Assembly (NCBI GenBank): GCA_964605725.1
Contig: CAZSDQ010000003.1
Location: 1-46,264 of the forward strand
From: an uncultured Candidatus Saccharibacteria bacterium
GTDB lineage: Bacteria > Patescibacteriota > WWE3 > UBA101185 > UBA10185
Direction: 5' to 3'
Length of the DNA stretch: 46,264 nucleotides
Under the pieces are notes generated by a model. That model worked only from the letters and a program-made list of their open reading frames with translations, had not been told where the DNA came from and did not search any database. A program made the translations under genes and the position numbers. This document shows positions 44,724 through 46,264 of this stretch, piece after piece (the first letter of the stretch is position 1; the number at the start of each line of letters is the position of its first letter).

Positions 44724-45167
44724 TTAAGTTATCAAACCAAGTTCTTTTATCGTAACAGTATCCCGATTAATCAGTCTTTCTATTTGAGATAAATATTTTT
44801 CAAAATACATTTTCGATGGTGGAGTCAGATCGAGCTTTTGTATTTCATCTAATGTAAAAAAATTTAGTGCTTGTCCTTCATTTCCAAGTTTTATTTCTTT
44901 TACTTCCTCATCTGTTAAATATGAGATGTAAATTCCTATTATGTGACCTTTATTGATAATTTTTCCGTAATATTTAATACTTGATGGGGATAGACCTGCT
45001 TCTTCTTTAATCTCTCTTTTTATAGCCATATCAAAAGACTCTCCTTCCTCTACATAACCACCAATCGTTTGCCATTTATTTGGGTCAGTTATTTCGGAAA
45101 TATTGTCCCTTAAAAGAAGTAGCACCTTTTCTTTATATATGATTAATGAAGAAACTGTTTTTTTCAT
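44724..45167 (-). CDS. NUDIX hydrolase
   Basis: Nudix box GYVEEGESFDMAIKREIKEEAGL (GX5EX7REUXEEXGU). ATG 45167 preferred because the track's upstream extension lies inside repeat B. Confidence 0.9.
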   Translation of the reverse strand: MKKTVSSLIIYKEKVLLLLRDNISEITDPNKWQTIGGYVEEGESFDMAIKREIKEEAGLSPSSIKYYGKIINKGHIIGIYISYLTDEEVKEIKLGNEGQALNFFTLDEIQKLDLTPPSKMYFEKYLSQIERLINRDTVTIKELGLIT

Positions 45168-45180
45168 AATAAATTCATTT

Positions 45181-45245
45181 TGGAGCACCAGTCGAGTCTG
45201 GAAACATCAAGTAAAGTACATTCTCTACGCTGTAGACAAGCATAG
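45181..45245. repeat. Repeat copy B (core plus right arm) of an att-like site
   Basis: 53/65 identical to 46160-46224. Confidence 0.85.
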
Positions 45246-45272
45246 TATAAAATGATTAAGAAAAACTTTACC

Positions 45273-46088
45273 TTATTCACTTCTTAAAAAATCTGCTGAT
45301 TTGAAACGTTCTTGATGTAAAGTCCTCAATTCCTCAGGAGTTTTATTCGATTTTATGGCGACTATTTCCATGTTTGTCCTTGGCCAACGAATTTTAGCAT
45401 TAGTTAGAGGGAAGTAGTATCTATATTCAAGTATTTCAAAACCACTATTCTCAAGATCAGAGAAAAATTCTTCTCTTGTAGGTTTACTAACATGAGTCTT
45501 ATCTTTATCCAGATGTTCTCCCCAAAATTTTCCTTCTGTTGTATCAGTAATTGGTGCCCCTACAATTAACAGCCCGCCATCTTTCATCACCCGGGATATT
45601 TCTTGTATTGTGTGAGATCTATCTTTGGTATGTTCGATTATGTCCAAAGCGGTTACACATCCAAAAGTTCCAGATTTATAGGGAAGGTTGTCATCCGCAT
45701 CCAGTTGAACCAATGTGTCGTAAGTTTTACCGTTTTCCTTTAAGGCTTTTTGGGCTCTTTTAAGGGCTGGTTCTATTGATATATCAGCTCCGTAAATATT
45801 AGTGTATGGGGATCTTTTTAAAAGGTGGCCAAAAGCACAACCCAAATCTAAATAGCTATCGTTTTCTAAGTCCTTACCATATTTAAACATAGAGCTAATT
45901 GCACTTTTCCAAAACCCATCGTTGTCGTATGCCATATATCCTTTTGGAACCCTATAATTTTCGTTACTGAAGTATTCTTCATTAAAGAAATTGACTTTGT
46001 CTCCTGAAGAGCTATTTGAATCTGTGGTTTCAGGTTTATCTGGTGGTTGTTCGTTTATGCCACTATTCTCGGAATTTTCTATACTCAT
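45273..46088 (-). CDS. Class I SAM-dependent methyltransferase
   Basis: Motif I YLDLGCAFG, GADIS, LPYKSGTFGCVTALDIIEH, LLIVGAP. Confidence 0.88.
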   Translation of the reverse strand: MSIENSENSGINEQPPDKPETTDSNSSSGDKVNFFNEEYFSNENYRVPKGYMAYDNDGFWKSAISSMFKYGKDLENDSYLDLGCAFGHLLKRSPYTNIYGADISIEPALKRAQKALKENGKTYDTLVQLDADDNLPYKSGTFGCVTALDIIEHTKDRSHTIQEISRVMKDGGLLIVGAPITDTTEGKFWGEHLDKDKTHVSKPTREEFFSDLENSGFEILEYRYYFPLTNAKIRWPRTNMEIVAIKSNKTPEELRTLHQERFKSADFLRSE

Positions 46089-46139
46089 TGTATATAAAGA
46101 TTAACACATTTATTATCTTTAAGTATTATAGAAATAGGT

Positions 46140-46224
46140 CTATCGGAACTTTAAACATCTGGAGCACCATTCGAGTCTGGAAACCCCAAGTGAAGTATAC
46201 TCTCCAGGCTAGAAATAAGCATAG
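46140..46224. repeat. Repeat copy C (complete left arm, core and right arm) of an att-like site
   Basis: Its left part matches copy A, its right part matches copy B, and the core TGGAGCACCA(G/T)TCGAGTCTGGAAA region is shared by all three. Confidence 0.85.
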
Positions 46225-46264
46225 CTTGCATCTTCGTTACACTCAGAAGTGAGACAAATGAGAC

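Noticed and set aside
44680-46224. Integron attC sites, or displaced tRNA-Thr 3' ends
   Set aside because: There are no RYYYAAC/GTTRRRY boxes or long bottom-strand hairpin. The match to tRNA-Thr is only the 6-nt GCTCCA and no T arm forms in register.
1690-46252. Short ORFs in the track that overlap longer genes (e.g. 1690-1902, 28236-28736, 37854-38222, 39467-39655, 46016-46252)
   Set aside because: They are shadow frames of well-supported genes, with no motifs or independent start signals.

Overview
Low-GC, compact bacterial chromosome segment using genetic code 11 (TGA is used as stop). Gene content and protein divergence suggest Patescibacteria/CPR, probably WWE3 or Microgenomates; this is inference, no search was run. 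1-29.5 kb is a housekeeping backbone: lexA divergent from uvrB-PBP1A-uvrA-(transglutaminase)-uvrC; holin-like-secG-murA-mraY-ftsW-murG-ftsQ-ftsA-ftsZ; nrdJ-pduO; ileS; a PilM-like/LytR_C protein; rplU-rpmA; lepB. 29.6-39.2 kb holds tRNA-Val(CAC) with a tandem 117-bp structured repeat and a surface-glycan locus (GH18, GH-A, Wzx, O-antigen ligase, GT-C, Ig-like protein, galU). 39.2-46.3 kb is a variable, mostly minus-strand accessory region around tRNA-Thr(CGT). Main unexplained structures: (1) a second tRNA-Thr gene cut at its anticodon, with mutually complementary halves flanking a 397-bp insert that carries a complete tRNA-Thr and a 76-aa ORF; (2) GC-rich hairpin elements attached to tRNA end fragments, each with an antisense copy of a tRNA arm (Val 3' side, Thr-like 5' side); (3) an attL/attR/attB-like repeat set bracketing NUDIX and methyltransferase cassettes, with no integrase in the window; (4) a dcw cluster without Mur ligases in which MurA and MraY have lost catalytic residues while FtsW and PBP1A keep theirs; (5) widespread apparently leaderless genes.
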